From assembly GCF_009914755.1 (NCBI RefSeq), contig NC_060933.1: DNA of 64,000 nucleotides; one strand, 5' to 3'. Within the stretch, counting starts at the first letter, position 1; every line of letters starts with the position of its first letter. This document shows positions 34,313-51,273 of the stretch, in pieces. Below the pieces are notes generated by a model. The model was not told where the DNA came from and made no database searches. It was given only the letters and a program-made list of their open reading frames with translations. Source of the stretch: the human T2T-CHM13v2.0 reference genome, Homo sapiens. Both the position numbers and the translations under genes were made by a program.

Positions 34313-35502
34313 TTATCTAATTTGGTTTTACAAAGTCATCTATTTTCTTATTTTCTCAACTTTTAGCAGGAAACACTTAAATACAGTAAATGAAAGCAAT
34401 TCGTGGGGATTGGTCTACTTATCACCAAGTTGCTGATGTTCACATCTCATACTGAAGGACTCTTTAAGGGAAAAGTAACATTCAACAGGAACCTGTGTGC
34501 CTGGGAAGCTGCTGTTACAGGAACTAAAATATGTCTTAATTTTCCTGTGCCAGGCCAAAACCAAACCTACTCCACTGGGAGGGTGTTACTAATGATGGAC
34601 AACCCAGGTCAGTACTCAACCAAGGGAAAAGGTTCTTAGAACTTTCAAAGTGACTGATCTGATTTTCAGAACAAGGGAGAGTGGTTAAAAGGGAAGAGTT
34701 GGGACTTAAAAAAAATCGAGCTATAAGAGGTACTTTTTGTGTCTCAGTACCAGGGAGAGGCTAAGAATCCTACCCTGCTTTAAGTCTACATACTCTGGCA
34801 ACTTTGTGCTTAGGTAAAATTCATGTGAGAAACAGCATAAAATCTTCAACTACACAGCATGCTGCAGGGCCTAGCAGCCTGCCAGTACCAGTGCACTTCC
34901 CAGAACAACTAAGAAACATGTAATTCTCAAGAAATTTATGTACTATTAATGAATATAGCTTACCTGAGATTTGGCCCATGTTTTAAAATTTAAGAGCTTC
35001 CTGAAGCCCACTAAAATATGATGGTTTTTACTCACATGCAAATCACAGGAATATGACTTTTAAAGTGAGAGGTTATCTTTGAGGTAAGGTATTTTGGCCT
35101 AATTGAAAAATAAATATATTTCCAAGATGTTTCCGCTGTTAAAATTAAGGGAAAAGGCATTGTAGATGAATGTTTTATCACTACTTCATAGCAACACGCT
35201 TTCTAATCCTTGTAGGAGAAACTTTTCATTCTCAATCCTGTATTTCTTTAAGTAACTCCCCAGGCAATTTTCATTTTTTGCTGTTTAAGAAAATTAAATT
35301 AAATTCAAAGCTAAAGTTAACTCTGTGATTATGCATACTAAACATGTGCCAACAACTACAACTTAATTTCTCTACAAACATGGCATTTTAATGTCAACAT
35401 ATCAATTTTCTGGGGGAACAAAAGATGGTAAATAAATAGAGCCAGTGAACAAGTACAGTGTATTTTATTAAAATCATTCTTTAACAGCCATGGCTGGCAT
35501 TA

Positions 35503-35919
<417 letters not shown>

Positions 35920-37532
35920 TCATGGCATATATACATAATTTTGCAGCCTCCATTGAAACAATTTAACAAATTATTTTTTCATTTGATACATGGTAATAAA
36001 CATATATTCACCATTTACTGAGCACCTTCTAAGTGTTTAATGGTTTAAACGTAACATCTTTTTATTCCTGCCATTGTGATTTAGGTATTAAAGATTAAAT
36101 AATTTGCACAGCATAAGTCAAAGAATGAAGATTTATAACGCTGAAACTTAAAAAAAACCATAATTTACAATGACTACATCCTTCACCAACAGGATCTACT
36201 CTCATGTACTTAACCGTTCTTTCACTGTTAGACTGCTAGGCTACTTCCAGTGCTTCTTGTGTAGTATTTCCTAAACTGCCTTCGTATAGAAATCTTAGTG
36301 CTTGGTCACTGTTCAAAAGGACTTCTGGTTCTAGTCCAATGAACTAACACACAGTTCCTTACTGAGCATTAAGCATTTCCTAGCTTCTCAACTGGACTCC
36401 AATAGAAAGTTAAGCCCTAAGGCACCTTCCGTACACAATGAATTCATCAAGAATGATAGTGGCTGTGCACCATCATTCTCTCATAGAACTTGGTTGAGTT
36501 TTAATGCACAGCTGTGATCCACCCCAGTCCTACAAATTAGAGTTGCTCTGACTTGTACAATGATGGAAATAAATCTGTCTGCAAGCAGGGCACTATTTAC
36601 TCTTCAGATTCTTTAATCACATCTGGCTCCTGCAAGTTCAATTCCACTTGTCAATTTCTAGATATGTAGGGAAATAGGGAAGATGTAGATAATCTGATAA
36701 TGACAGCATTGAACTGTGTTATATTATCAGTTACTTTTCCTAGCCTTTTGTTGACATCTGGTAGACTCCACACATATAGCACTTTTCAAATGTTGCAACA
36801 TGTCAAATTCCTAACATCAAAATTTATATATCCAGGTAACATTTATCCCTTCCAATCAGTTTTACTGAATTAGGTATACTTGTGTTTGCTCTTATCTGTC
36901 TCTACTTATTAGACCCAAGTAACATTTACCTCTTCCAATCAGTTTTACTGAATTACGTATACTTTTGTTTGCTCTCTTATCTGTCTCCATTCATTAGGCC
37001 TTTGACGGCATCACTACTTTTGCACTTGACGATACATGCTGATGATAAACTAAGCACAAAGAGCAATACATGCCATAGTGTCCTGACTAGGGCACGAATG
37101 CTGGAACTAAAATGACTGCAAGCCCACCAACACAGGCTGTGTGGAAAACAGCATTGATGTGCCTTCTCTCTGGTACAGCTTCTGAGAAGCTTCTAAAGTC
37201 AGCCATACTTAAGTAGGACAACAGAGTACAGACAGTAGACTCCTGCAAGTTAATCAAAACAGCTGAGTCAGGCAACATGGATACCTTGAGAACTGCTATG
37301 ATAACATGTACTGAAGCAGAGGGGAGCAAGTGTGGAGAGAGACCAAGCCTGAGAATGTGCAGTGCTATTACTCCTAGTAAGAGGTGGCAAAGGCTTGGCC
37401 TGCGACTGTGCCCCGTAGGCTGGGAACTGTATAACTCATTCATTTGTCTTGAAACACAGCAGATCTTGATAAATGTCTGCTGAATGACTAGGAATGGAGA
37501 GAAAGGGACTGACATAGAAATTCTGAAGGAAG

Positions 37533-37842
37533 GGCAAGGCACGGTGGCTCATGCCTGTGATCCCAGCACTTTGGGAGGCTGAGACGAGTGGATCACGAGG
37601 TCAGGAGTCCAAGACCAGCCTGGTGAAGATGGTGAAACCCCATCTCTACTAAAAATACAAAAATAAATAAATAAATAAGCTGGGCATGGTGGTGGGCGTC
37701 TGTAATCCCAGCTACTCAGGAGGCTGAGGCAGAGAGTTGCTTGAACTCAGTAGGCAGAGGCTGCAGTGAGCTGAGATCACGCCACTGCACTCCAGCCTGG
37801 GCAACCCAGCGAAACCCTGTCTCAGAAAAAAAAAAAAAAAAA
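37533..37842 (+). mobile_element. AluS
   Basis: TSD agaaattctgaaggaag. Confidence 0.95.
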
Positions 37843-37897
37843 AGAAATTCTGAAGGAAGAGGTAACATGTCAAATGGTGATGGAGAAAGACATCAGG

Positions 37898-38210
<313 letters not shown>

Positions 38211-39049
38211 CCCAGTTAATAGGGTTGCTAAAAAGCAAAAAAGAAAAGGCAAAAACTGTTCCTGAACCTTCTGGCTCTTCCTGGATCTACCATTACCAGT
38301 GGAAGAATTCTGAATAATTCTTACTGAGATTGAAAGAGACACAAAGAATGAGTTGTGCCCTCTAGTTCTTAAAACCTTGTTTAATTCTACATCCCACGGT
38401 GTATGAAAATAAGCTTGCTCCTACAGAAAAGAGGTAATATAGAATGATACATAATCAGTACACTAGTAGTACCATATATAATCAGGGTAATATCAAAGGC
38501 CTAAAAAATTGATTATAAAAATAAATTCTCTCACCTGATCACAATTTTCTTCTACTTTGCTACAAACTTATTTTCTGGTAATAGGCCCTTTTGGCATTAG
38601 ATGCAACAGAATCGATGAGTCAATTTAAATCGTTTTTTTTCCCAGTCTCTAAGCGAATGGTTGCATAAAGTCGTCTCCTTCACTAAAAGGGGAGTGTATG
38701 TAGGAACGTGATCATAAATTTTTCTTTTGGGGTGAAAGTATTTTGGAACTAGATAGAGGTGATGGTTGCACGACACTGTGAATGTCTTAAATGGCACTGA
38801 ATTGTACCCTTTAAAAGGACTAATTTTATGTTATGTGGATTTTCCTTCCACTAAAAAACTGAACGGTGCGGCCGGAACACTGAGCTCAGTGAATTCTCTA
38901 AGTAATCAATGGTTGCACTCTGGTGCCCTCTGAGTGTTTGACCTTTCACCCAGAAAAGGCTGTAAACTCACTCTGGGAAATCATCTTTTGTCCTAAGAGC
39001 CTAGGCTTGCTAGAGGCACAGAGGGAGTTTCAAAGGCCTCAATCACCCA

Positions 39050-40110
39050 GGACACCGGCAAGTAACGCTTTGCGCGCCGCGGCCGTGACCTCGGCAGGAG
39101 CCGGGGGCTTTGTTGTCGCTGTGCTCGCCCTCTGCGAACGCTGTCGCCCCGACACAGCGGTCCTTCGGACAGCCTGGTCCCTCCCCACCCCACGCACCTC
39201 CAGGCTAGGACTCCGGGCCACCACCGGGAACCCCCGCCACCGGGCACGTTCAGCCTCTGCTTAACCGGAGCGGCCGAACAGCGCAGGCCGGCAGGAGTGT
39301 GGAGGCGATCGGCCCCCGGGGACGCCCACCCCCGGGATCCCCTCCGGCCCGCACGCGGTTGCCGCGCGGCCTGACGGGAAACGTAGTTTCCGGGGGCCAG
39401 AGAGCAGCCCCGCCCGGGACTTGTTTATCGTTGCAAAGAGGGGCCGGAGGCGAAGGAGGCGGCGAGGCTGTGCGGCGGGTCGGAGCGACGCCGAGGTCTG
39501 ACGTGTCCGCGTCCCTGCGGCCCCACTCCCGGCCGCCGTGACCTCCCCTTGCACGGGGCGGACACGAGCAATGTCACGGGCCCCGCCGCGCGCCGCGAGC
39601 ACTCACCAGGGTGAGGGCTGCCCGGGTGGGCTGCAGCTTCCTCTTGCTCACAGCCCGGACAGTTGCCCGGACTAAGGAAGCCGACATCTTCGCCGTCCCG
39701 GCGCCCCGGTGCCTCGGGCCGAAGGTCGGCCGCCTCAGCTTCTCTCCATGGACACGGCGGGCGCATTGACGCCACAAGCTTCGGCGCACGGCGCCCTCAG
39801 TCCTAGCCCCGCCCCCCGCCGCCACCATTGGGTGAGTTGCATGAGTGACGAGCCGGGGGCGGGGCAAGCCGCTCGGGGCGGGGTTTTGCCGCTCAACGCC
39901 GGGGGTCTAGCAGCTGGGTTGCGCACGGTCTCCGGCAGTGGGGTTACCACGCTGCAGGGCGCAGGGCCCGGGAGGAATGTCTTCACCGCCGAGGACGGAG
40001 TCGGCGTGACGTCGGGGAGCGGGCGGGAGGGGGCGAGGAATGACCTCAGACCTGCTGACTCCGGATGCACGTAGCTTCACCACCTGCCCCCGGGGCAAGG
40101 TGCAGCGTCA
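39050..40110. promoter_or_regulatory. ISCA1: CpG island / ISCA1 promoter
   Basis: Very GC- and CpG-rich block spanning exon 1; GC boxes near 39808, 39855 and 39876; CCAAT (minus) at 39827-39831; CRE-like TGACGTCG at 40007-40014. Confidence 0.92.
39607..39687 (-). CDS. ISCA1: ISCA1 coding exon 1 (mitochondrial presequence)
   Basis: ATG at 39687-39685; encodes MSASLVRATVRAVSKRKLQPTRAALTL (27 aa, R/K-rich, no acidic residues); GTGAGT donor at 39606-39601; phase 0. Confidence 0.98.
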
Positions 40111-40957
40111 CCCCCTGCTTTAATACTCACCGTGACAAACACCATCATAGGCGGTGACACTTAAGGACGCATAAGTCAACCCTGCACTGGGAGCTTATGC
40201 TCTCAAATGCAGAGTGATCGTTCCGATGCCCAGACATCTACATCCATTTTCATTCTTCTTTTGTGGTCCAATTAGGCTGTTCTTAAGAGCATGGCGTTAC
40301 CGCAGAGTTGTATAATCGCCACCCTCCACCCTTCTCCCCAGCGTGCTGTACTGCTGGGGATGCTGAAGGGTGGTGACTAATGCAGTTTTCATTCTGGTGC
40401 TGAACTGGGAACCAACCCTACTTGAAAATGTGACTGGGCAGCAGTGTGAATAGTCACATTTATAGCGAGCAACAATTACTCGATTTAAAACGTGTTGTCA
40501 GACCTTGTCCTGGCTGCTCAGGGGCTTAATTCTGCCTTTTGATGCAGTATTCCTGAGCACCAGACACTGCACAGGCGCGGTACCCAGGCATACACAGGAA
40601 GCCAGGTAAAGAGGGGCCAGGGAAGAATGAGATACTGGCAGGACAGGGCTAGCAGATGAAGAGAGGAGGACATCAAGACAGGTGGCATTTGTCATTGAAG
40701 TGCTAGAAGTGAAGGAAAAAGGGCAGGAGGGGTCTATGAAGCAGTCCTGGGGAGGACAGATTCGCAGTGTTTGAATGTGGGAAGAACTAATCAGTGAAAC
40801 ATTTTTTAAAGCCAAGTTTATCTTCGATCTCCTGCAGTTTCTGATAGTTCAAAATTCCATCAAGTAGTTCTGACTTCCTGCTACAGAAATGCAATCGCAT
40901 TGACAATAAGAGGACGCTTTTTTTTTTCCCCTAAGCCTTATCTGCACATAAACTGGG

Positions 40958-41605
<648 letters not shown>

Positions 41606-41839
41606 TGAAAAAGTGATGGGAGGGAGGAAGGGAGGGAGGGAGGGACATAGAGAGGTGGTGGTGTGGTGGGTTTGTTTCTTGGCCTTCATCTTTGACTACC
41701 TGGGGGTTTGGGATCTCATATCCTCCCTCCTACAGATATTGTGAAGATTAAATGAGTTAATACAGGAGAAGCCCTTAGAGGGGTGCAAGGCACACAGCCT
41801 CACTCAAATGGTAATTGTTAATGAGTATTTAAAGATGCC

Positions 41840-42118
41840 ATGTATTGTGAAACTACTATAATGGTGGATAGATATCATTATGCGTTTGTCAAAACCCACA
41901 CAATGTACACCACCAAGAGTGAACCCTAAGGTAAACTATGGGCACTGAGAGCTAATGATGTGTCCATGTAGGTTTAAGATTGTAACAAGTGTACCACTGT
42001 GGTGCAGAGTGACAGTGAGGCACATGTGGAAACAAGGGATATATGCAGCTCTGTTTTTCTGCTTAACTTTGCTGTGAACCTAAAACAGCCCTAAAATTAA
42101 AATTTAATAAAAATAAAA
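41840..42118 (+). mobile_element. L1MC-type 3' end
   Basis: tttgtcaaaaccca...ccaagagtgaaccctaa.gtaaactatgg...gctgtgaacctaaaac. Confidence 0.7.
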
Positions 42119-43242
42119 GATGCTGTCATTTTTTTTTCAGTTATTGACACATTACACAGTTGTGCAGCACTTTACAAGATTCAGAAAACTCCATGAGCAT
42201 ATTATATTATCTCATACTAGCCTCACAACTTTGAACTGAGTAGGGCAGAAGCACTGGCATGGCAGTTTTACAGATGCTGAAACTCAAGGATTTTAGTAGA
42301 GAGCATTAGACACTATTGAAAACATCTAGTCCTCAATTTTCTGATTCAGGATCCTGTGTATGTTTAACAGACTTCTTTCCTCTATTTAATACCCACTATT
42401 TAACAAAAACAAACAAACAAAAAAGAAAACCCCACTATTCAGTTTTTAACTTGGTTAGTTGTTTTGCACATAAGCATTAAGTCACATAATCTACTTGTTA
42501 GTTTCTAATATCACTTGAAACTGGCACAAGTCCCTGAAATAATGTTATGTTAGAATAAATAATTTTCACGATTATTTAAGCAGTATGTGAGCTTATCTCA
42601 GAGCAGCAGCTGTCCAGTGGTGTCAAAATGAGGTGGGTATGGGAAGTGTCAAAAGAGTTACAAGCTGTAACCACTTTTAGATTTCCACTAATATGTGACA
42701 GAACTTGCAATAGGGAACTGTTTCACCCCGCACTTCAGGCATTAGTTTCATAGTTCTAGACATTTAAAGAAGTGTTTTCCTGGTAAGACCTCACTTGATT
42801 ATCACAACTGTGTGGAAAGCCAAGAATGGTTTCCATTTTATAGGAATGGAAACTGAACTGCCTGAGATTAGGGGACTGCCACACAGCTGGAAAACGAGGT
42901 GGGCCAGACCTTGTCTAAGTCTAGAGTTCCATTCAGTGGAAAGTCTATGTAGTTCTTGACTGCTGCTGTCCAAATATGCCTGCTTCCAAAGAAAAAACTA
43001 CTGAGGGCTTTACAGTTTTACAGGGGTTTGATAAATTCTGTTTTCAACGTGTGTGTGTATATTTTTGCTTGTAACACTGAACTCTATTGATGTATTTATC
43101 CAGGATCTTTTCCACTCAGGAAAGATTTAAAAGTAGAAGCCATTTGTCAAACATATTTCAAGAAGAAAAATACACTGAAGTTATCTAAGAACATTTAAAA
43201 ACATTTTTGCACACTGCTGATCCTGCACACATTGAGCAAGAG

Positions 43243-43547
43243 TTTTGTTGTTGTTGTTGTTGTTTGAGATGGAGTCTTGCTCTGTCGCCGAGGCTGGAGT
43301 GCAGTGGTGCAATCTTGGCTCATTGCAACCTCCGTCTCCTGGGTTCAAGTGATTCTCCTGCCTCAGCCTTCTGAGTAGCTGGGATTACAGATGCCCATTA
43401 CCAAGCCCAGCTAATTTTTGTATTTTTAGTAGAGACGGGGTTTTGCCATGTTGGCCAGGCTGGTCTCGAACTCCTGACCTCAAGCGATCTGCCCGCCTCG
43501 GCCTCCCAAAGTGCTGGGATTACAGGGGTGAGCCACTGCACCCAGCC
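43243..43547 (-). mobile_element. AluS
   Basis: (TTG)n tail; TSD agcaagagtttt. Confidence 0.95.
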
Positions 43548-44959
43548 AAGCAAGAGTTTTAAACATCATAGATTGGGGCCACTGGACCACTGCTATACAA
43601 AAGAGATTTCATATTTTTGTTCCTGAGAGAAGGTGGCAAGGAGAACCTTGGTAATGGGGCATTTGTACAGCTTAAGATAGATAAGCCGGCTGCACTTGAA
43701 AGATAGCTAGGCCAATGGACTTAGCAAAGAGCAGACGTTTTGGCATCCCAGCTGGGGCAGCAAGATGGGGCTGTGACCACATCCAGGTAAAGAATCAAGG
43801 GCAATCCATTATCCAGGCCTGCTGGCAAATACTGCTCATTGTCCCATGGATCCAGTGTGAGGTATTGAAAATCAAACAAAAGACCCAGTACTTTGGGCAG
43901 AAGCTACCTTAAGGATCAGATTAAAATGTAGGAAACTTTTAACATCCTTAAAGGGATACAAGAAAATATGGCTCCTATGAAAAGGAAGAGAATATAAGTA
44001 AACTAAAGAAATGAGAGGTAAAGGAAGGTCAGTGAGGTAAATTCCAGAAAATTAGAAGTGCAATGAGAAAATCCATATTAGAAACAGGAAGCACCAGAAT
44101 GACAGTAAAAATTAAGCCAGTCATGTAGAGATTAAACTTGAAGTTTTCCTAGCATGAAAAGTCACTGGATAGATGTATTTCTATATTGAGGTAATTTTCT
44201 TTCTGAATTACAGGGATAAAATTAAAAAACAGAAGCACCCAGGCAGAAAAACAAAACCTACAAGAGAACAAAAATCAGCCTGGTCTTAGACTTGTCTTCT
44301 GCTATAATGCTAGAAAACAACAGAACAGCATCAATGGGCTTTTCAAAGAAAAGTGTGACAAGCATTGTAAGCCTAGTCGACTTTCATGCATGAGTTAGAG
44401 AGAAGAAACCAGAAGGGGGCAGCTGAGGACGGTCACGTAGAGCAGCATCAGCCCAGGTTGCGTCATTCATTAGTTTGCATTCAAAATGAGTAGGGAATGA
44501 TCACTAATTCTTTCTACCATGGCCTCCAAATTCTGAAGTCTTTAATTTTGATATGATTCGTCTTTAGCTAGACTGTCTTCAAATAATTGTTTAAAAAAGA
44601 AGGGCACAGGGATGTGCGTCTTCTGAGTCCTCAAACATCCAGAATGTTCGTCCAGCAAGCACCCCCTGAGCCTCCCTGCCTACAAATTCCCCGCCCCCCC
44701 ACCCCCATCTGTGCCTTTTATAATAACAAATTTATACGTTCCCAGAGCCTGGAACACACTGGATGTTAACACACACCAATGATTGCAAGGGCACAAGTCA
44801 AAGGGAAGTCTGTGTACACTATTTTAGGGGAGTATATTTGTCCTTTCTTCTTTTTTGTTAAACGCCTCTTACTAGCATTCCCAATGTTCTCACTCCTTGA
44901 TCTTTTTTTTTTTTCCCCAGGAAATTTAGGAATCTTTCACTAGAAAATAATGTAGATAA

Positions 44960-45905
44960 AATTACAGGTTGAAATTTTGATTTTATTTCAAAATGATAAA
45001 TAAACCGAGGCATAGTTCTGACCAGGTACTATGTCTGCAGGGCTTTTGAAATTAAAGAAACAGTCCAGGAGGGCTCCAGTCAGACCCAGAATGACACCAG
45101 CCACACTTGTGACTGGCAGAGATAACCTCTTTGATCTTCAGCAATTTTAAAAGTTCTTCATCCTAATTTCTGAGTATCATAAAAAGTAAAAAGTACTTTC
45201 ATTTTATTTTTCCTTTGAAAATGTTTTTAGTGGCAAACAGGACTACTTGTTTTCCTTACTTCATTTTTATAAGCATAGTAGTTATATGTCAATTTACTTA
45301 AAATTAGAGAGGGAAACCCCAGAGACCTGAGTGGCACTGCCCATCCACTGAAGGCCCACATAAATAGGTACTCATGTTCATGTTATCACGTCTACAAATA
45401 GCAATAAAATGATGTCCGTAAATCGGAAGTACAGCAGTAGCAGTTCATACATATCTGATATGCTTTCACACCAGGATTCAGTAAACAACAATAAATATAA
45501 TTTCCCCTCTTCAAAACAAAAAATGGATTTATACGGAAAAAGGGTTAATTTACTTGGGGTTTATCAGCACACCATTTTTAATGTGCTTTGAAAGAATTAA
45601 AAACCATGAAACTGTATTCACTGAATACCGGTCCATAGTTATATTTTTTCTTTTAACGTGGCTTAAATACATACATCATGACTTTCTATTAAAATCCTTA
45701 AATCTATGGGGATGTGTGGTAGATAAGACTATATTAAAAATTTTTCCTCATTAACAATTTCATTAAATTAAAAAAAAATCTGACATTTCCCTTAAATGTT
45801 AAGTTGAAGCCTGATCTACACTGCTGTGTCCTGTGAAATGAACCTAATTTTCCGAGTGAATAGGAACGCCTGAGTGGCCATTTAGAGTGCTGCATTTTCC
45901 TTCCC
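44960..45905 (-). other. TUT7: TUT7 3' UTR (end approximate)
   Basis: AT-rich repeat-free stretch; minus-strand AATAAA at 44982-44987 and 45203-45208. Confidence 0.75.
44982..44987 (-). terminator. TUT7: Candidate TUT7 polyadenylation signal AATAAA
   Basis: tttatt on +, followed in transcript direction by a U-rich downstream element. Confidence 0.7.
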
Positions 45906-45973
45906 TCATGATTCCTGCTGGGTCCTCTTCGCTGAGGCTTTTCCCTGAGTCATATATTTACTGGAAAGGCTAC
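45906..45973 (-). CDS. TUT7: TUT7 (ZCCHC6, terminal uridylyltransferase 7) last coding exon
   Basis: Pyrimidine tract + ctag acceptor; (G)SLSSKYMTQGKASAKRTQQES-TGA, in frame with the 58514 donor. Confidence 0.95.
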
Positions 45974-47789
45974 CTAGAGGAGGGGAAGAAACAAAACCCA
46001 ATATAAATGAAACAAGCCTCGCTTTATGACAAAAGCCATAAAATTACTTCTTATTAAGTAGTCACAAAAACTTCATACTAGAATTGGTCACTTGTTTTGA
46101 ATCAAGTAATAAGACTTGATATTGAAAAGTATATATGCACATGATTAATTAAATATAAGCTTAGTCAAAATTCTTTCTGAATGCAGACAGGTTCCTAGAG
46201 TGATCTCATTTTAATACATTTACATATTCACTATTTCCATGTTGGTACAGAGCACCAGACGAACTTAAGGTTCTGCCTTGTATAATTCAGTATCTTCATT
46301 TGCAGCCAAACATAATAGATTGCAAAGAATTATCTGGCCAGAAATAAATATCTTAGATCATTACTCTGCAGATACGAAGCTGTGGATGGTAATCATTGTA
46401 GCAATAACTTATTGATATAAAAGGAAAAAGGGAAATTTATTATATTTACAGGTGGAGGACACAAATGAGGATTACTGATTAAAACCAATACCACAGAATA
46501 GTTACTAAATTTTGTTCTGGAGTCTGAACAAATAGATCAACGAAAAAACTGAAGAGACCTGAGAAATTCTTAAGTGATTATATGTAACAAAGTAATACAT
46601 AATGAAGTTTGCATTTCAAACCAATGGGGGAAAGTATGAATTATTCAATAACTGTATTATGTCAAATAAGTAATTTTGGAGGGGAAGAAAGGAGGTAGTT
46701 TCCCTCCTCACACCATATCCTTCTTCTCTACCCATTTCCAAGTGAATACAGAATTAAATGTAACTATAAGAAAGTCAGAGCGTAAGAAAGAGTGAGTAAT
46801 CCTGTAGGTAATCCTGGGGTAGGGTAAGAGTTTCCTAAGCACACTACCATACTTAATGAACTTGTAAGTCACCAGAGAAAAGAATGAACACCAATAGATA
46901 ACTAGGTAATGAAAAGGTAATATATAAAATAGAAAAAAAAATGGCATAAGTATATGAAAAAATTCTATATCAGGGGTAATCAATGAAATGCAAATTAAAA
47001 CTATCAATTTTTGGTTGCCAAATTATTAGAAGGAAGAAGATCAGGAGGAGGTGGGTAGAAATTCTGCTAAATAAATATTCATAAAAACCTTATAATTAAC
47101 AATGCAAAGAACTTAAAATCCAAAACTTACGATATGACCAAGTATATGAGGAACTATGCACATAATAGAATATTAGGTATACACAGAAGGATAATAATAT
47201 GAAAAAACAAGGTATAAAACTATATAAATAGCATTTTCAAAAAACTAAAATATACCCCACCAATCATGTATTTGGTGCCTCATTTTCTTTATCTGTAAAA
47301 TGAGGACAATAATACCTGCCCCCTTGAAGTTATTGTGAAGATTAGACGAATACATGTAAAGCAACTGGAATAGTACTTGGTACTAGAAAATGCTTAATAA
47401 ATGTTAACTATTATTGTATTAATGTAAAAAGACAGGAAAACTTTATCCCCAAAATCTAAATAGTAGTTAATGCTAGAATGGAGGGAGTACAGATGGTTTT
47501 TATTTTCTTCATTTTACTTAACATTACTTTCTAAATTTTCCATAGCAAACATAGTAAGTATGCAAATAAAAACATTCCCTAAACACATACTTTTCAAAGC
47601 AGGACATCGAGATAAGCAACTCACAATGAAAAATATCAGCCAGAGAATTCAGTAAGAAATTTCAGTCAAGAAGAAACAAAGTACTCTATTGTTCTACCAC
47701 TGTATTATTTATGCCACAAAGTGTCTACTAGTCTGTAGGCACCCATCTTCGATATTGTGAACTGCACAAAGTATGGAGATTTGGCTTTT

Positions 47790-50670
<2,881 letters not shown>

Positions 50671-51029
50671 AAGAATACTCCAATACAAAAGTACAAAGAA
50701 AGATAGATGAAATCATGTAAAAAAAAATGGTAAAGTTCAATGGTAATAATAGGAATTCAAGCAGGTGTAAAATGAAAAAAGACTATCCCAATGAAGTCAG
50801 GGTATGGGAAACAATGTCACTGACTCTCCGGGATTGTCAACAATCACAATTTGGGAATATTGGCATCACTGTCAAAATGTGCATACTTTTAAACCTATCA
50901 TTCTTATGAGCGGGAATTTATCCTGATGAAATAACTAGACAAATATGCGACTATTCATTAGAGTGTTTTATATAAATGGTGCTCTTCCAACCTGGGCCCA
51001 TGTGTTCCTGAGCCTACCTGACAGGGCAT

Positions 51030-51273
51030 GTGGCTTGATCTCGGCTCACTGCAGCCTCCACCTCCCAGGTTCAAGTGATTCTCCTGCCCTCAGCCTCCTG
51101 AGCAGCTGGGATTACAGGCGCACACCAGTACACCTGACTAAATCTGTCTTTTTAGTAGAGATGGGGTTTCACCATGTTGGCCAGGCTGGTCTCGGAACTC
51201 CCAACCTCAGGTGATCCACCCGCCTCGGTGTCTCAAAGTACTAGGATTATAGGCGTGAGCCATGGCGCCCGGC
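51030..51273 (-). mobile_element. Alu (partial)
   Basis: Alu consensus. Confidence 0.9.

Noticed and set aside
38923-40098. Multiple overlapping Arg/Pro/Gly-rich ORFs on both strands
   Set aside because: Expected from stop-codon scarcity in a CpG island; only frames tied to ISCA1 splice signals were kept
44960-45905. let-7 seed site in the TUT7 3' UTR (feedback loop)
   Set aside because: No CTACCTC match seen on the transcript strand by eye
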